Translations under genes and position numbers: made by a program
IMG/VR virus record: IMGVR_UViG_3300050343_000215
Location: 96,001-160,000 of that record
Direction: 5' to 3' (one strand)
Length of the DNA stretch: 64,000 bases
Source: a virus
Notes under the pieces: model-generated
What the model saw: the letters and a program-made list of their open reading frames with translations, nothing else
Database searches by the model: none
Told to the model about the DNA's origin: nothing
Part shown: piece by piece, positions 17,081-27,488 of the stretch
How the letters are laid out: each line of letters starts with the position of its first letter
How positions within the stretch are numbered: position 1 is the stretch's first letter

Positions 17081-17322
17081 GGTTCTTCTGGTTCGGGTTC
17101 GGTGGTTGTTTGTTCTGTAGATGCTTCAACTTCAGGAACTTCGGACTCAACTTCAGGTTCTTCAACTTCAGTAGTTGGATTCATAAGTTGAGCAGCATAT
17201 TCTTTTTTATAACTATCTAGTGTTTCAGATGCTTTTGCATAGAGCATATCAATCACTTCATCAGATGCTACAGAGTTTTCCCCATTAACAATTTTGTCAA
17301 TCAATTCTTTAGTTACTGTCAT
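17077..17322 (-). CDS. Small prohead core-type protein (gp67/gp68 position)
   Basis: 81 aa with acidic Glu/Pro tail, between gp20 and gp21. Confidence 0.65.
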   Translation of the reverse strand: MTVTKELIDKIVNGENSVASDEVIDMLYAKASETLDSYKKEYAAQLMNPTTEVEEPEVESEVPEVEASTEQTTTEPEPEEP

Positions 17323-17346
17323 AATAGTAAATTATTATAGTATTAT

Positions 17347-18978
17347 TTAGTTTTCAACTTCTTTAGAAGTTTGTGCCTTCATTGGAGGTTTTGATGATGT
17401 GTCAACAGGTCCACCTGCTGGCGGCAATGCAGCATTAGGATCTTCCACTGGCATCACTGGAGTATCCATCAGTTCACCTGATTTTTTCTCAACTTCAATT
17501 TGAATGCGGATCTCTTCAATCTCGGATTCTTTTTGTTGGAGAATTTGACGTTTGATATGATCATTGGAATAATATACTCCAAGGAAAGGTTGCATTCTTT
17601 CTACGAGATTTAACCTCTCGCCAATCATTTCAATTTCTTTTAGTTCAGTAAAATGGTTATCAAACAGATAGTCATATTGAATATGCTGCTCCATCAGTTC
17701 CCAATCATCCACGGTAATAACACCTTTGAGGATTAATTGAGTCTTCAACATATCATTAAAGAGATGTGAGAACTGCTTACGAAGTCTACCGACAAATTTA
17801 ATAAACTTGAGTTCGTCACGTAGGATCTCATTAGAGCGTCCTAGACTAAATCCCTTTTCTTCGCCCACGCGAGATGGTGGGAGGTTGAGAGATTTGTAGA
17901 GTTTCTTCAGGAAGTATTCAACGTCCTTTAGTTCTCCAAGGTTCTGAGCACCAGGAAGTGTGGTGATTTCTGTACCTCTACCACCTTCGCGGCGAGGCAA
18001 CCAGAAATCTTCCAGCATACTCATGAACTTTTTATCGTCACGAATCTCACCAGTGCTGGCATCATATACCAGTTTATTTCTATAGCGAGACATAACCTCT
18101 CTGAGGTATTGCTCTGCCTTAACTTTAGGAAGATTACCAACATCAATGTAGAAAATTCTACGCTCAGGAGCGCGTGACATTCTATAGATAACCAGAGAAT
18201 CTTCAATCATTCTCAATTGGTTAACTGCCTTCAATGCCTTATGAAGATAAGACAATGGCAGATTTTGATTCATGTCCATCAGTCCTGACGTGCAGAACGT
18301 AATCGCATCGGGTGCAATCTTCACACCGAGTTGATCGTTCCCTGCAAGACTAACCGCTGCTTTGTGGTTGAATATTCCTTTGGGATTGTAAAGATAGTAT
18401 TCGTTTACATCACCATAGTTTAGTTTTTGATTATCTCCTTGTCCAGCAGTGGGTTTCTTCTTAACCTCACGCATTTTTTTGACCTTCATTGGGTCAATGT
18501 AGCGAAGTTCTTTAATCCCTTCAGTGGGTTTATTTACATCAATTACCTTATGGTAATAAAGTCTTCCGTCAATATACCAACGTCTAAAAATATGATAGCA
18601 TTTTTTATCAAACTGCAGTAAGCGTTTGATCTCATTAAATTCTTCTCTGATTCTCTTCTTGATTGAATCGCTTTGATCAAGATTAGAGAGTTCAATTTCT
18701 ACAGGTGAATCATCACCATCCGCAACAATTGCTTCGTTGACTACTTCATCAATTGCGGAGTCAACTTCAGGGTGCAATGAGACTTCACGATACTTTCGGA
18801 TCTGCTGAAACTCATTTTTGGATACGCCCTCCATGTCAACGTATTGACCGTAATAACCTCCAGCAGAGATTGTTACGGTCCCGTCGTCATTATTAGGAGC
18901 AACAGGAGATACTAACCCCTGCTGCTTCTTTTTCTTTTGGTCTCCTTTATCAAGGGAAAACCCAAATAACTCCGCCAT
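17347..18978 (-). CDS. gp20: Portal protein
   Basis: FRRWYIDGR, RAPERRIFYIDVGNLPK.KAEQY, EDFWLPRREGGRGTEITTLPG. Confidence 0.99.
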   Translation of the reverse strand: MAELFGFSLDKGDQKKKKQQGLVSPVAPNNDDGTVTISAGGYYGQYVDMEGVSKNEFQQIRKYREVSLHPEVDSAIDEVVNEAIVADGDDSPVEIELSNLDQSDSIKKRIREEFNEIKRLLQFDKKCYHIFRRWYIDGRLYYHKVIDVNKPTEGIKELRYIDPMKVKKMREVKKKPTAGQGDNQKLNYGDVNEYYLYNPKGIFNHKAAVSLAGNDQLGVKIAPDAITFCTSGLMDMNQNLPLSYLHKALKAVNQLRMIEDSLVIYRMSRAPERRIFYIDVGNLPKVKAEQYLREVMSRYRNKLVYDASTGEIRDDKKFMSMLEDFWLPRREGGRGTEITTLPGAQNLGELKDVEYFLKKLYKSLNLPPSRVGEEKGFSLGRSNEILRDELKFIKFVGRLRKQFSHLFNDMLKTQLILKGVITVDDWELMEQHIQYDYLFDNHFTELKEIEMIGERLNLVERMQPFLGVYYSNDHIKRQILQQKESEIEEIRIQIEVEKKSGELMDTPVMPVEDPNAALPPAGGPVDTSSKPPMKAQTSKEVEN

Positions 18979-19020
18979 TGTATAAAGTTAACTACGTTTA
19001 CTGTAGTTATTTATTCAGGA

Positions 19021-19617
19021 TCAGATAGAAGCACCAGCGCCAATATCTACAGTGCTATCAGATTTCTTAGATTCCCACCAGTCATACTGGAATTCAACAG
19101 TGTATTCAGCAATAGTATTATTGTTGTCATATGACAAATCAATCTGAGCAATGTTAGTTGGGAAAGCATTCTGAAACTCATATGATCTCACAACGCTATG
19201 TGGATCAGTGAGTGATGTAGCAGTGCTTGTACCACGTTCCAGTTGTGAAACTTTTAGTGTGGAAGCAAAATCATCTGTGTAACCTGCACCGTTTTCATGC
19301 TTATTCAATTTGTTCATCCACTTTTCAAAGTATGCTCTTACTGACATGTCCTCATCAGCCATGACTGTAATAGTCCATGATTCAAACGTTCTGTCACCAG
19401 GAAGTTTGATAACTCTACCTCTGAAAGGAACTTCTACAGTTCCGATTGTACTAGCAGGAATGCCAGCAGAACGACAGAGGAATGTGAAATCGGCGTCTGA
19501 TCCTTTTACTGCTGCTACATCATCTAAATTAGATTCCAGGTTTGTTACCTGGACCATGAATAAATTGGGGCGGATACCGTATCCAATTTTGTTCTTGAAT
19601 GAAGTTAAGTTTGCCAT
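19021..19617 (-). CDS. gp19: Tail tube protein
   Basis: RPNLF, VPFRGR.IKLPGDRTFESW, FPTNIAQIDLSYD. Confidence 0.96.
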   Translation of the reverse strand: MANLTSFKNKIGYGIRPNLFMVQVTNLESNLDDVAAVKGSDADFTFLCRSAGIPASTIGTVEVPFRGRVIKLPGDRTFESWTITVMADEDMSVRAYFEKWMNKLNKHENGAGYTDDFASTLKVSQLERGTSTATSLTDPHSVVRSYEFQNAFPTNIAQIDLSYDNNNTIAEYTVEFQYDWWESKKSDSTVDIGAGASI

Positions 19618-19653
19618 TGTTTGATTATCTCCTTAAGTGTATTTATTTTCTAA

Positions 19654-21594
19654 TCAAACTCTGCCGATAACTTCATTAAAGCTAACACCACTGCGAGTAG
19701 CAACGAATGTTAGAGTAATGAAATTAATAGAGCGAGAAGGTTTGATGTAGATGTCAGCAACAAATTCATTACGATCAATAACATCAGGGGTGTTATTTGA
19801 CGTATCCGCAACTATGAGGAAATCAGTCATACCTCTTCTTGCTTGGATATCACGCATGTAGTTATTAACCTGCGTGGAGAAGTTCAAGCGAGTAGTCTCA
19901 TCATTTAATTCAAACAGAACGTTTCTTGAGAAGTTCTTGACTGTTCTCTCAAGAATGAGGAACAAACGGCGAACGTTAATTCTGTCAAAGGCAGAAGGAC
20001 TGCGAAGAGCAGTTTTGTCGCCAAACAGAACGATACCCTGACCAGGGAACGAAACGATTGGATTGACACGATTAGAATAGAGATCATCTCTCTGTGCTTT
20101 ATTTGGATTAAATGCAATCTTAATTGCATTTCTTAGGTTTCCTCTATTGAAACCAGCAGGGGAATACCATGCTTCCGAGACAGCAGTTGTGTTAACACAA
20201 AGACCAGCCATGTCAGCATTGGTTGGAATATAACGATATTGATCGTTAAATCTGTCGTAGATATACTTGTAGTTGTTATCAAATACAGCGTAAGAAGAAC
20301 TATCGCTAATTGCCTCAAAGAACTTAGTTACATTCTCTGCTTGAGCAGATGTTGTAGAAGCATTTGCGCCAACAACATCAGATCTTTGTGGTGAAATGAA
20401 GGCGATGCAATCTTTTCTCGTGTTAGCAAGGTTGATCAGTGCGTTTGCTTTGGCAAGGTTTGATGGTCCTGCAAGAACGTAGTCAATCGTGATAGTTTCT
20501 GTGTCACCAAAAACATCAAGATAAGTTTGAGTCTCATTACCAACAGTATAAGTGTTGTAATCAGTACCAGCAGATAGTGTATACGAACGAGGACCGTATA
20601 AGTGGAATGAAGAAGCAGCAGTGGCAGAACCTGTAATTGCTACAGAACCAGTATAGCTGTAAACATCAGATCCATCTTCATATGATCCAAGGAACACATA
20701 CTTGGAACGACCCTTGATTACATCTTTATAATGATTTGCTTCACCTTCGCTGGTTCTAGCACCAGGAGCTTTTGAAACGTAAAGAATTTTTTCTAGAACA
20801 GAATTTGCTGTTCCAGTAATACCACCTGTTTTATCAAGAACTACGACGTGCATCTCATCGTTAGCACCACCACGAGACGCGACAAAAGGAGAAGTACCAG
20901 GACGAGGAGCAAGTGCATTCCATTTGATGCCTCCAGCAACAGTATATTGCATGTCATACCAGTTGGCGACACTTTCAACATTTTCTGTGCTTACTGTTCC
21001 GCCTTGTACGAATTTAGCAGAACCGGCATCAAGAACGACAGAGACTTTCGTTGTGTCGCCAGTGTTATCTTCATATGCAACACCAGTAGCAGTTCCGTCA
21101 GTAACTGCGTCTCCTTGTGAGAATGCTACACCGTTAGCAAGTGTCAGAATTTGATCTGCACCACTGTCAATGGTTACAACCTGAAGTGCGTTTCCATGAG
21201 TTCCTGGAGTTCTTGCAGCGAAGTCATAAGATTGAGCACTACCTTCAATGTTTGCTTCGTATGCAGCACGGTTGTTAATTTTTACCGTTGCGACTGCTGC
21301 TGAGTTAGCATTTGTGAGATGAGTTGAAGATGCATCAGCAATTCTAGCAACCTGCAGGTTACCACCATAGTTAAGAAACTCAGAAGCAGTAAACCAAAAC
21401 TCGTAATTATCTGCAGTAGGTTTACCAAATTTTTCTACTAATTCTTTCTCACTCGTAACTAATTCTGCTGCGCCGACATCCCCTTGCAGGAAAGGTGCAG
21501 CAATAGCGCCGATGTTAGTGATTGTTTCTTGGAGACGTGAATTAGTAAAATCGCGCTCCTGAACAACAATCCCTGGCGATACTTGTGTTGCCAT
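19654..21594 (-). CDS. gp18: Tail sheath protein
   Basis: SPGIVVQERD, WYSPAGFNRG, SAFDRINVRRLF, IKPSRSINFI. Confidence 0.98.
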   Translation of the reverse strand: MATQVSPGIVVQERDFTNSRLQETITNIGAIAAPFLQGDVGAAELVTSEKELVEKFGKPTADNYEFWFTASEFLNYGGNLQVARIADASSTHLTNANSAAVATVKINNRAAYEANIEGSAQSYDFAARTPGTHGNALQVVTIDSGADQILTLANGVAFSQGDAVTDGTATGVAYEDNTGDTTKVSVVLDAGSAKFVQGGTVSTENVESVANWYDMQYTVAGGIKWNALAPRPGTSPFVASRGGANDEMHVVVLDKTGGITGTANSVLEKILYVSKAPGARTSEGEANHYKDVIKGRSKYVFLGSYEDGSDVYSYTGSVAITGSATAASSFHLYGPRSYTLSAGTDYNTYTVGNETQTYLDVFGDTETITIDYVLAGPSNLAKANALINLANTRKDCIAFISPQRSDVVGANASTTSAQAENVTKFFEAISDSSSYAVFDNNYKYIYDRFNDQYRYIPTNADMAGLCVNTTAVSEAWYSPAGFNRGNLRNAIKIAFNPNKAQRDDLYSNRVNPIVSFPGQGIVLFGDKTALRSPSAFDRINVRRLFLILERTVKNFSRNVLFELNDETTRLNFSTQVNNYMRDIQARRGMTDFLIVADTSNNTPDVIDRNEFVADIYIKPSRSINFITLTFVATRSGVSFNEVIGRV

Positions 21595-21673
21595 GTTTAC
21601 CCCTAAATTTCAGAAATTTGTTCTGTGATTATTTATTAAAACCTATCTTTTAAGAGGGGAAACAATGCATGAA

Positions 21674-21898
21674 CTACCAGTCTGGATATGACCAACTACG
21701 GTTGTCACTACGTTTTCTATTTTTGGTTACTCTATCTACAGTACATTCCTTACACTCATAGGCATATGCTGAAGGTGTTGCTCTTCCTTTTCTGGTTCTA
21801 TAGAAATCGCTAATTAATTCTTTAATTTTCCCACAAGATTTACATTTTCTTTGGGTAAAAAGTAGGTGTTCTAATTCAAACTCCTCTTCAAAATTCAT
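21674..21898 (-). CDS. Small CxxC...CxxC zinc-finger protein
   Basis: CKSC...ECKEC, C-terminal YPDW; between gp17 and gp18. Confidence 0.75.
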   Translation of the reverse strand: MNFEEEFELEHLLFTQRKCKSCGKIKELISDFYRTRKGRATPSAYAYECKECTVDRVTKNRKRSDNRSWSYPDW

Positions 21899-23562
21899 TA
21901 TAGATAAGAACCCATGTAAGTAAAGTCAGAAGCTACATCACCATACTCATCTAAGAACCAACGATCTCCTTCTTTATCCACAAAACTTTCTTGTTCTTCT
22001 AGACCATCGGAAACAAAACCGAATGGTGCCATGTCCTGCTCAATCTGATTCTTTTGCTCATCATAGATTCTTTGACGAACATCATTGTCCGTCATTTCTT
22101 TAAAGTAATCTTGTACTGCTAACCATGCAAAAATTACTAGACACATCGCAAGATCATCATGACATCCTTCTTCTGCCTCAAACGATTCACGTTTAGAGAT
22201 GAATGTCGTGAGTTCTGCGATAGTCTCATAGTCTGGGATGACTAGTTTGTCATCCTCAATAAAAGTCTTTAGGTTCAAACATCCAATCTTCTTCACGGTC
22301 TTAGACATCTTAACGCCAAGTTGTGTTTTCTTTCCAGAGAATCCTGTTCCAACAATCTGACCAGCACGTCCTCTCATGGCACACATAAGAATATGATCAT
22401 ACTCCAGATCATAATGCATCATAGATGCTACCTGATCTCCAATATCATTAACTTCAGTTAAAATATATGCTCTATTATATCCATTGGCAATATCAACAAT
22501 AATTGTAGGGAACATGATAGCTTTGATTTCATTGTTCCTGTATCGTGCTACCAACCTGTAAGGGAACTTTGTAATGTCAAAAACCAAAAATGCGCTATAA
22601 TCACTGCCCACACCACGGGCAACGTCAACAGTAACAATGTAATCGTGGTCCTTTTGCGGGTTTTCATATACTACTAAACCTTTATTATTACTAGTGATAG
22701 GATCATCATACACCATTGTCCGCAATTTGCTTGCAGCAATTAATGTATCTACAGATCCCAGAAACTCACACTCAAATTCTTGAGTGAACTGTCGCTGGGA
22801 AGTGTTTGCAATCGTTTGTGCTTTCCAGTTAGCATCTCTGCCAGGAACTTGACTCCAGTGTACTTCTGTAGTGATATATTCGTTCTTACCCCTCTCAGCA
22901 TCATGCCAGAGTTTGTAGAACATATTCATCCCGTTAGGGGTGGAGATGATAATAACCTTGGTAGACTTACCAGAGGAGATCGTAGGGTATACTGAGGAGA
23001 AAAACTGCTCGGCAATGTGAGTTGGAACGAAAGCAAATTCGTCCAGGAAGATGATGTTGAATGACATACCTCGGACAGCAGAACTAGAAGTAGATGCTGC
23101 CATGATCTTAGAACCATTCTCAAGTTCTAGAGATCCTTTATTCCATGACACAATACCTTGCTGCATCCACTTAGGAAGGTTCTCATAAGCAAGTTGCAAC
23201 CTACCGAGAAGTTCTCTGGATGTACTTAGTTTGTTTGCTAGGATACCGATGTTGACATTATCATTAAAGATACAATAATGCAGCAGGTAAGAAACCACAG
23301 TGGTACTCTTACCAGTCTGACGTGGTAACTTAGCAATGTTAAAACGATTGCCATGGAACCTTTCAATCATCTCTTCTTGAAAGTCCCACATCTTAAATGG
23401 CACCAGACCCTCATCTAGTGACACAATCTTGATATAATTTTTAGTAAAGTAGACGGGATCGTCAGCACATTTCAACCACTCCTGAACCTGTTTAGGAGTG
23501 AAACTCATTTCCACGTTCGCCGCTTTTAGATTGGGCGAACCTTTATAAACTTTATCAGCCAT
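21898..23562 (-). CDS. gp17: Terminase large subunit
   Basis: PRQTGKST, IFLDEFAF, ISTPNG, DVARGVG.DYS, HDDLAM. Confidence 0.99.
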   Translation of the reverse strand: MADKVYKGSPNLKAANVEMSFTPKQVQEWLKCADDPVYFTKNYIKIVSLDEGLVPFKMWDFQEEMIERFHGNRFNIAKLPRQTGKSTTVVSYLLHYCIFNDNVNIGILANKLSTSRELLGRLQLAYENLPKWMQQGIVSWNKGSLELENGSKIMAASTSSSAVRGMSFNIIFLDEFAFVPTHIAEQFFSSVYPTISSGKSTKVIIISTPNGMNMFYKLWHDAERGKNEYITTEVHWSQVPGRDANWKAQTIANTSQRQFTQEFECEFLGSVDTLIAASKLRTMVYDDPITSNNKGLVVYENPQKDHDYIVTVDVARGVGSDYSAFLVFDITKFPYRLVARYRNNEIKAIMFPTIIVDIANGYNRAYILTEVNDIGDQVASMMHYDLEYDHILMCAMRGRAGQIVGTGFSGKKTQLGVKMSKTVKKIGCLNLKTFIEDDKLVIPDYETIAELTTFISKRESFEAEEGCHDDLAMCLVIFAWLAVQDYFKEMTDNDVRQRIYDEQKNQIEQDMAPFGFVSDGLEEQESFVDKEGDRWFLDEYGDVASDFTYMGSYL

Positions 23563-23565
23563 TTA

Positions 23566-23995
23566 TCAACAGTTCCAAGCTCTCAGTGATTTATTGATCC
23601 TGCTATCGGGATCTCTAGATGTTTTCTTACTAGTCAATTTCTTTTTCATACCCTTCATTCTAGCGCAGAAGGATGCCCTCCTGGGATTTCCAACCTTTTG
23701 CTTGGTGCTTTAAGGTCAGATCCTGGATTTTCCTTTTCATAAGACTCTGCGTCCTTTTTCGTTAAGTCCTCCTTGACTTACTTTTTCCTGACTTTTTTGT
23801 CCAGGCTGCTCCTTCTTGGGTGAGTTCAAATTCTTCTTTAGCAGTCCTCTCCGACTTTTTGAAAGCATCCTTGTCTGGATAATCGGAGGATCCAGGTTTA
23901 GCAGGTGCTTCTCCACGCTTTCTTTTAGCGTGAATGTTAGCATAAAGTCCACGTTTCGCTTCGCTTAGTTCTCTAAATTCTTTAAATGACTTCAT
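23566..23995 (-). pseudogene. Multiply frameshifted basic protein gene (MKSFKEFR...AWTKKSGK...GGLNEKGR.SYE.ENPGSDLKAP...RRASFCARMKGMKKKLT...RINKSLRAWNC)
   Basis: A coherent protein is recovered only by three single-base frame corrections near 23773, 23748 and 23696. Confidence 0.7.
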
Positions 23996-24026
23996 GCCAG
24001 CAGGGAGGGTTTACTAGGATATTTAT

Positions 24027-24275
24027 TCAATTAAGGTGTGCGACAGAGGATGCCCACACAGAAGCAGAAGAACCTGTAGTTGCTTCAAGTGTTTCTGCAG
24101 GAAGTTTTTTTACCTCAACACGCTCACCAGCGCCGATATAAAAATTATTTCCATTACTGTTAACGATCAAGCAAGCAGCAGTATTAGTGTTGAGAACTGA
24201 AACTAATGTTGCCGAAGATACATTGCTTGCTGCAGAGTCAAGATCAACAGCAACTGATACGGGTTTGATAATCAT
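24027..24275 (-). CDS. Hypothetical protein
   Basis: 82-aa ORF between gp16 and the basic protein gene. Confidence 0.7.
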   Translation of the reverse strand: MIIKPVSVAVDLDSAASNVSSATLVSVLNTNTAACLIVNSNGNNFYIGAGERVEVKKLPAETLEATTGSSASVWASSVAHLN

Positions 24276-24291
24276 TGTTCTAAATTTTTAA

Positions 24292-24708
24292 TTATTTATC
24301 TTCTAATTTATTTTTTGCTTGCTTCAACATCTTAGCGAGATCAGCAGTAGATCCTACAAACATAGTATTGTTAACTGTTGTTGGTCCTTTCTTTTCTTCC
24401 TGACCTAGATCTTTCATCTTCTTCTGAAGATCAGATAATTTATCAGTGATGTCAGCAACGTTCTTAATGCCCTGGAAGGCGACTTCGTATGCTCTTGGGT
24501 GGTTACTGCTCCTAGCAACGTCTAGGAGTTCCTCAATGGCAACCTGACCCTTCTGAATGAGTTCATACAACTCACCACGAGCATACTTATAATCTGTCTC
24601 TATATCAGCACTAGTAACATCAACCTTTTCAGGTTTAGGTTGCTCCTCTTCATCCATAGGAGTGATGTCAAAAACATCTTCCATATTCTTCTGGAATTTA
24701 TTGTCCAT
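24292..24708 (-). CDS. gp16: Terminase small subunit
   Basis: DYKYARGELY.LI.KG, HPRAYEV, NNTMFVGSTADL. Confidence 0.9.
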   Translation of the reverse strand: MDNKFQKNMEDVFDITPMDEEEQPKPEKVDVTSADIETDYKYARGELYELIQKGQVAIEELLDVARSSNHPRAYEVAFQGIKNVADITDKLSDLQKKMKDLGQEEKKGPTTVNNTMFVGSTADLAKMLKQAKNKLEDK

Positions 24709-25504
24709 GATACGTTATACCTTCATTAAATCCGAAGTCATCATCTGGTTGTAATAGAGCATCATCTGCTGCGTTAATAGTACCGTCGTTATTTTTATCT
24801 TCTAATGCTTTAGGTGTAACGTTATATTCCATTATCCTAGCATTAGTATCCTTATCGCCAAGAAAAGTAGTAGCAATAGACTTTCTAATGATGTCATTGG
24901 CAGCAACAGGACCATACATAAAGGTCTTGACGCTAAATCTTAGTGTATAATAAATGTATCTTCTGGTAGAGTAATCACCTTCATAATCATCAGTAAAATC
25001 AATACTTTCTAAGATGATTGGAATATCTCTCTTCTCATTCATTTCAGGAATAAGATCCACAGTCATACTAAATTGTGGTTGAAAGAATGGAAGAATTTGC
25101 TCAAGAATCTGCAATGCATCATCTTGAGATTTTGAGATTACATTCAACTCAAATCCAATATTATATGGAACAGGAAGATATTGAGTTTTAGTTGTTGTCG
25201 TTTTACCATCACCAACCGCTCTATTTCTCTGAATAGGAGGAACTTTCCTTGTGCTATCATATGAGATACCGGTCATTTCAAATGACAATCTAGGAACAGT
25301 AATCGTTACCTTCTTGTCAAGATTTGGAGCAGCAGCAAGTCTTGCTAAAAACTTTTGAATGGGACCATATGCCAATGGAACTTTTTGCTCCATGACATCT
25401 TTGCCATTAGCATCTAAAGTTTTTAATTGAATGTTATTAAAAAGCGTACCAAATGTGGTAACTGTCTTCCTAATAATTTTGTGATAAAAATAATTTCCTA
25501 ACAT
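24698..25504 (-). CDS. gp15: Tail sheath stabiliser / completion protein
   Basis: YFYHKIIRK...FGTLFNNI, VPLAYGP.QKFL, PVPYNI.FEL, QILPFFQP. Confidence 0.95.
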   Translation of the reverse strand: MLGNYFYHKIIRKTVTTFGTLFNNIQLKTLDANGKDVMEQKVPLAYGPIQKFLARLAAAPNLDKKVTITVPRLSFEMTGISYDSTRKVPPIQRNRAVGDGKTTTTKTQYLPVPYNIGFELNVISKSQDDALQILEQILPFFQPQFSMTVDLIPEMNEKRDIPIILESIDFTDDYEGDYSTRRYIYYTLRFSVKTFMYGPVAANDIIRKSIATTFLGDKDTNARIMEYNVTPKALEDKNNDGTINAADDALLQPDDDFGFNEGITYHGQ

Positions 25505-26649
25505 TAGAAGCTACCTGTAAAATTACCAAATTCTCCAAACGGATTCCTTTCAGTGAAGTCAAGAATATCATCTGCTTCATCTTCTAGTTCTCTATTTTCT
25601 GAGAACGAATCAGTCATATCAAGAGTGTCAAATGATGAGACTGACCATCTTGCATTAGAATCAGCGCCAACTAATTCTTCGTTGACATTAAATGTCCCAT
25701 TTGCATATGCAACACTTAATGTTCTAGTGTCCTCGTTCCACTCTGCAACTTTTCCTACAATGTTTGCAGGAGATCCATCAATAACAATAGTGGGTGCATA
25801 ACCAGCAACACTTTCAACATTGCCAAAAACATCATATGTAATGTCGCCATAAACATATGGAGTTGTTGGTGAATTAACTTTAGAGACTACACCATTAGTA
25901 ATCTCTGTTGTTGATGTACCAATCAAAGAATTAGTTGGTGTGAACCAACGTGCTACTGGTGCAGTTTCATACTTACTACCAGCATTGGTAATAGTAATTT
26001 GACCAAGAACTCCATCTACTGCAACTACAGTAGTTGCTGCAGCATTGAATCTTGTTCCTGTAACTTTCTCATCCTGAATCCAATATCCAGAACCACCGGC
26101 ACTGAATACAACGGGGTATACACCAGATTCCATTTCAGTGTTGTCAACAGCAGCAATTCCAGTATCAAAGATACTGTCACCGTACTCAAAGACTTCACAT
26201 GTCATGGTATATGTATATAGACTTCCTAACTGATAGAAAGGTTTTTGGTTTTCTACATACTTAATTTCAAATACTGTTTCATTTAATGGAAACCAGATAA
26301 GGTCACCATCATTAGGTCTTCCGCTGACTATTTTGTTTGTGGAAGTCTCTACAAAATCTTGCCATCTTCTTCTAGATACTGTCAGTTGAATTTCATCAGT
26401 TACACGAAGACCAAATTTAGACAGCATATCTCCATTGCCACCAAACTGCTCAAAGTTTTCAAGATACATCTCAATGAGATAACTATCCTTAAACTGTGAG
26501 TAGTAGATGTCATTCCATAACTTATCCTCATGAATTTTACGAGGAATATAATAGCAATCCAGACCATACATCTTGATCTGTTCGTCTACAAGATCCTGAA
26601 CTAGACCCTGCTCACCCTTTGTTCCTTGTGTGAAGTATAAATTCTTCAT
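25504..26649 (-). CDS. gp14: Neck protein
   Basis: EQIKMYG.DCYYIPR, SKFGLRVTDE, RPNDGDLIWFP, ILDFTERNPFG. Confidence 0.95.
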   Translation of the reverse strand: MKNLYFTQGTKGEQGLVQDLVDEQIKMYGLDCYYIPRKIHEDKLWNDIYYSQFKDSYLIEMYLENFEQFGGNGDMLSKFGLRVTDEIQLTVSRRRWQDFVETSTNKIVSGRPNDGDLIWFPLNETVFEIKYVENQKPFYQLGSLYTYTMTCEVFEYGDSIFDTGIAAVDNTEMESGVYPVVFSAGGSGYWIQDEKVTGTRFNAAATTVVAVDGVLGQITITNAGSKYETAPVARWFTPTNSLIGTSTTEITNGVVSKVNSPTTPYVYGDITYDVFGNVESVAGYAPTIVIDGSPANIVGKVAEWNEDTRTLSVAYANGTFNVNEELVGADSNARWSVSSFDTLDMTDSFSENRELEDEADDILDFTERNPFGEFGNFTGSF

Positions 26650-26650
26650 C

Positions 26651-27445
26651 TTAACCGACCATATCTAGTGGTGGTAACTCTGCTGCTAATTTAAATTCAC
26701 CAAGAATAGTTTCAATTTCTTCTTGTGCATCTTCATAGAACTCTCTTCCATTTAGAGTTGTACCACCAGGAAGTGATACGTTCTTAAATTTAATAAGGTT
26801 TTGTCCCCACTGACGTTTGATCAGAGCGGTAAGATATCTCTTTAACCATACATCATTATAAATTTCTGCTGCATTATTAGGATCAATCATTCTATAACAG
26901 TCAAGAATTAAATGTTGTCCTGCAGTAATATTACCCCAGTCAGTATCAATGTATAATCTATTTTCTCTTTTGTTAAATCTAATTGGTTTGAAGTTACCAA
27001 TTACAAAATCAAGAGTTTCAAGATACTGCTTAACCATATAGTAGTTCAAGATTTCCATTGAACCAAAATTATAAAAGTCATTCAAGAATAACTGGTACTT
27101 CATACTAAAAATATTTCCTGATGTCGCTGATGAACTATTATCATAAGCATAGACTTGCGTTACTCCAAGTACATGCTCAGGAACAGTAATATAGTTATTC
27201 TGCTCCTTAAAATCAGTACCAGCAATTGCACTGTTCGCTTTCGCGTCAGTAATCATCTGTTCAGTAATTTCTACCTTTAAAAATGTTTTGATGCTTCCAT
27301 CAAAATGACGCTCTTGGAAGAATTGAATAGCATCGTCCATGAGATCCTCAATCTGATCATCATCTACATTAATCTCTAGGACGGGAAAACCTAATTTCCT
27401 TAAGCAGTAGTCAACTAACTCCTGGCGTGTTGAGGGTCGTGCCAT
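26651..27445 (-). CDS. gp13: Neck protein
   Basis: YCLRKLG.PVLEINVDDDQ, KRQWGQNL.KF, LPGG.TLNG, PP.DMVG. Confidence 0.96.
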   Translation of the reverse strand: MARPSTRQELVDYCLRKLGFPVLEINVDDDQIEDLMDDAIQFFQERHFDGSIKTFLKVEITEQMITDAKANSAIAGTDFKEQNNYITVPEHVLGVTQVYAYDNSSSATSGNIFSMKYQLFLNDFYNFGSMEILNYYMVKQYLETLDFVIGNFKPIRFNKRENRLYIDTDWGNITAGQHLILDCYRMIDPNNAAEIYNDVWLKRYLTALIKRQWGQNLIKFKNVSLPGGTTLNGREFYEDAQEEIETILGEFKLAAELPPLDMVG

Positions 27446-27448
27446 GAA

Positions 27449-27482
27449 TAAAAAAATACCCTAGTTTCCTAAAGGTATTTAT
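27449..27482 (-). terminator. Terminator overlapping a late promoter upstream of gp13
   Basis: AAATACC..TAG-GAAA-CTA..GGTATTT followed by a T-run; ATAAATA at 27476-27482 lies in the 5' arm. Confidence 0.65.
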
Positions 27483-27488
27483 CATACT

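Noticed and set aside
21655-21675. GGAAACA/TGTTTCC motif after the zinc-finger gene, reminiscent of cyanobacterial Yfr2 loops
   Set aside because: A single 7-mer is expected by chance in 64 kb, and there is no supporting structure.
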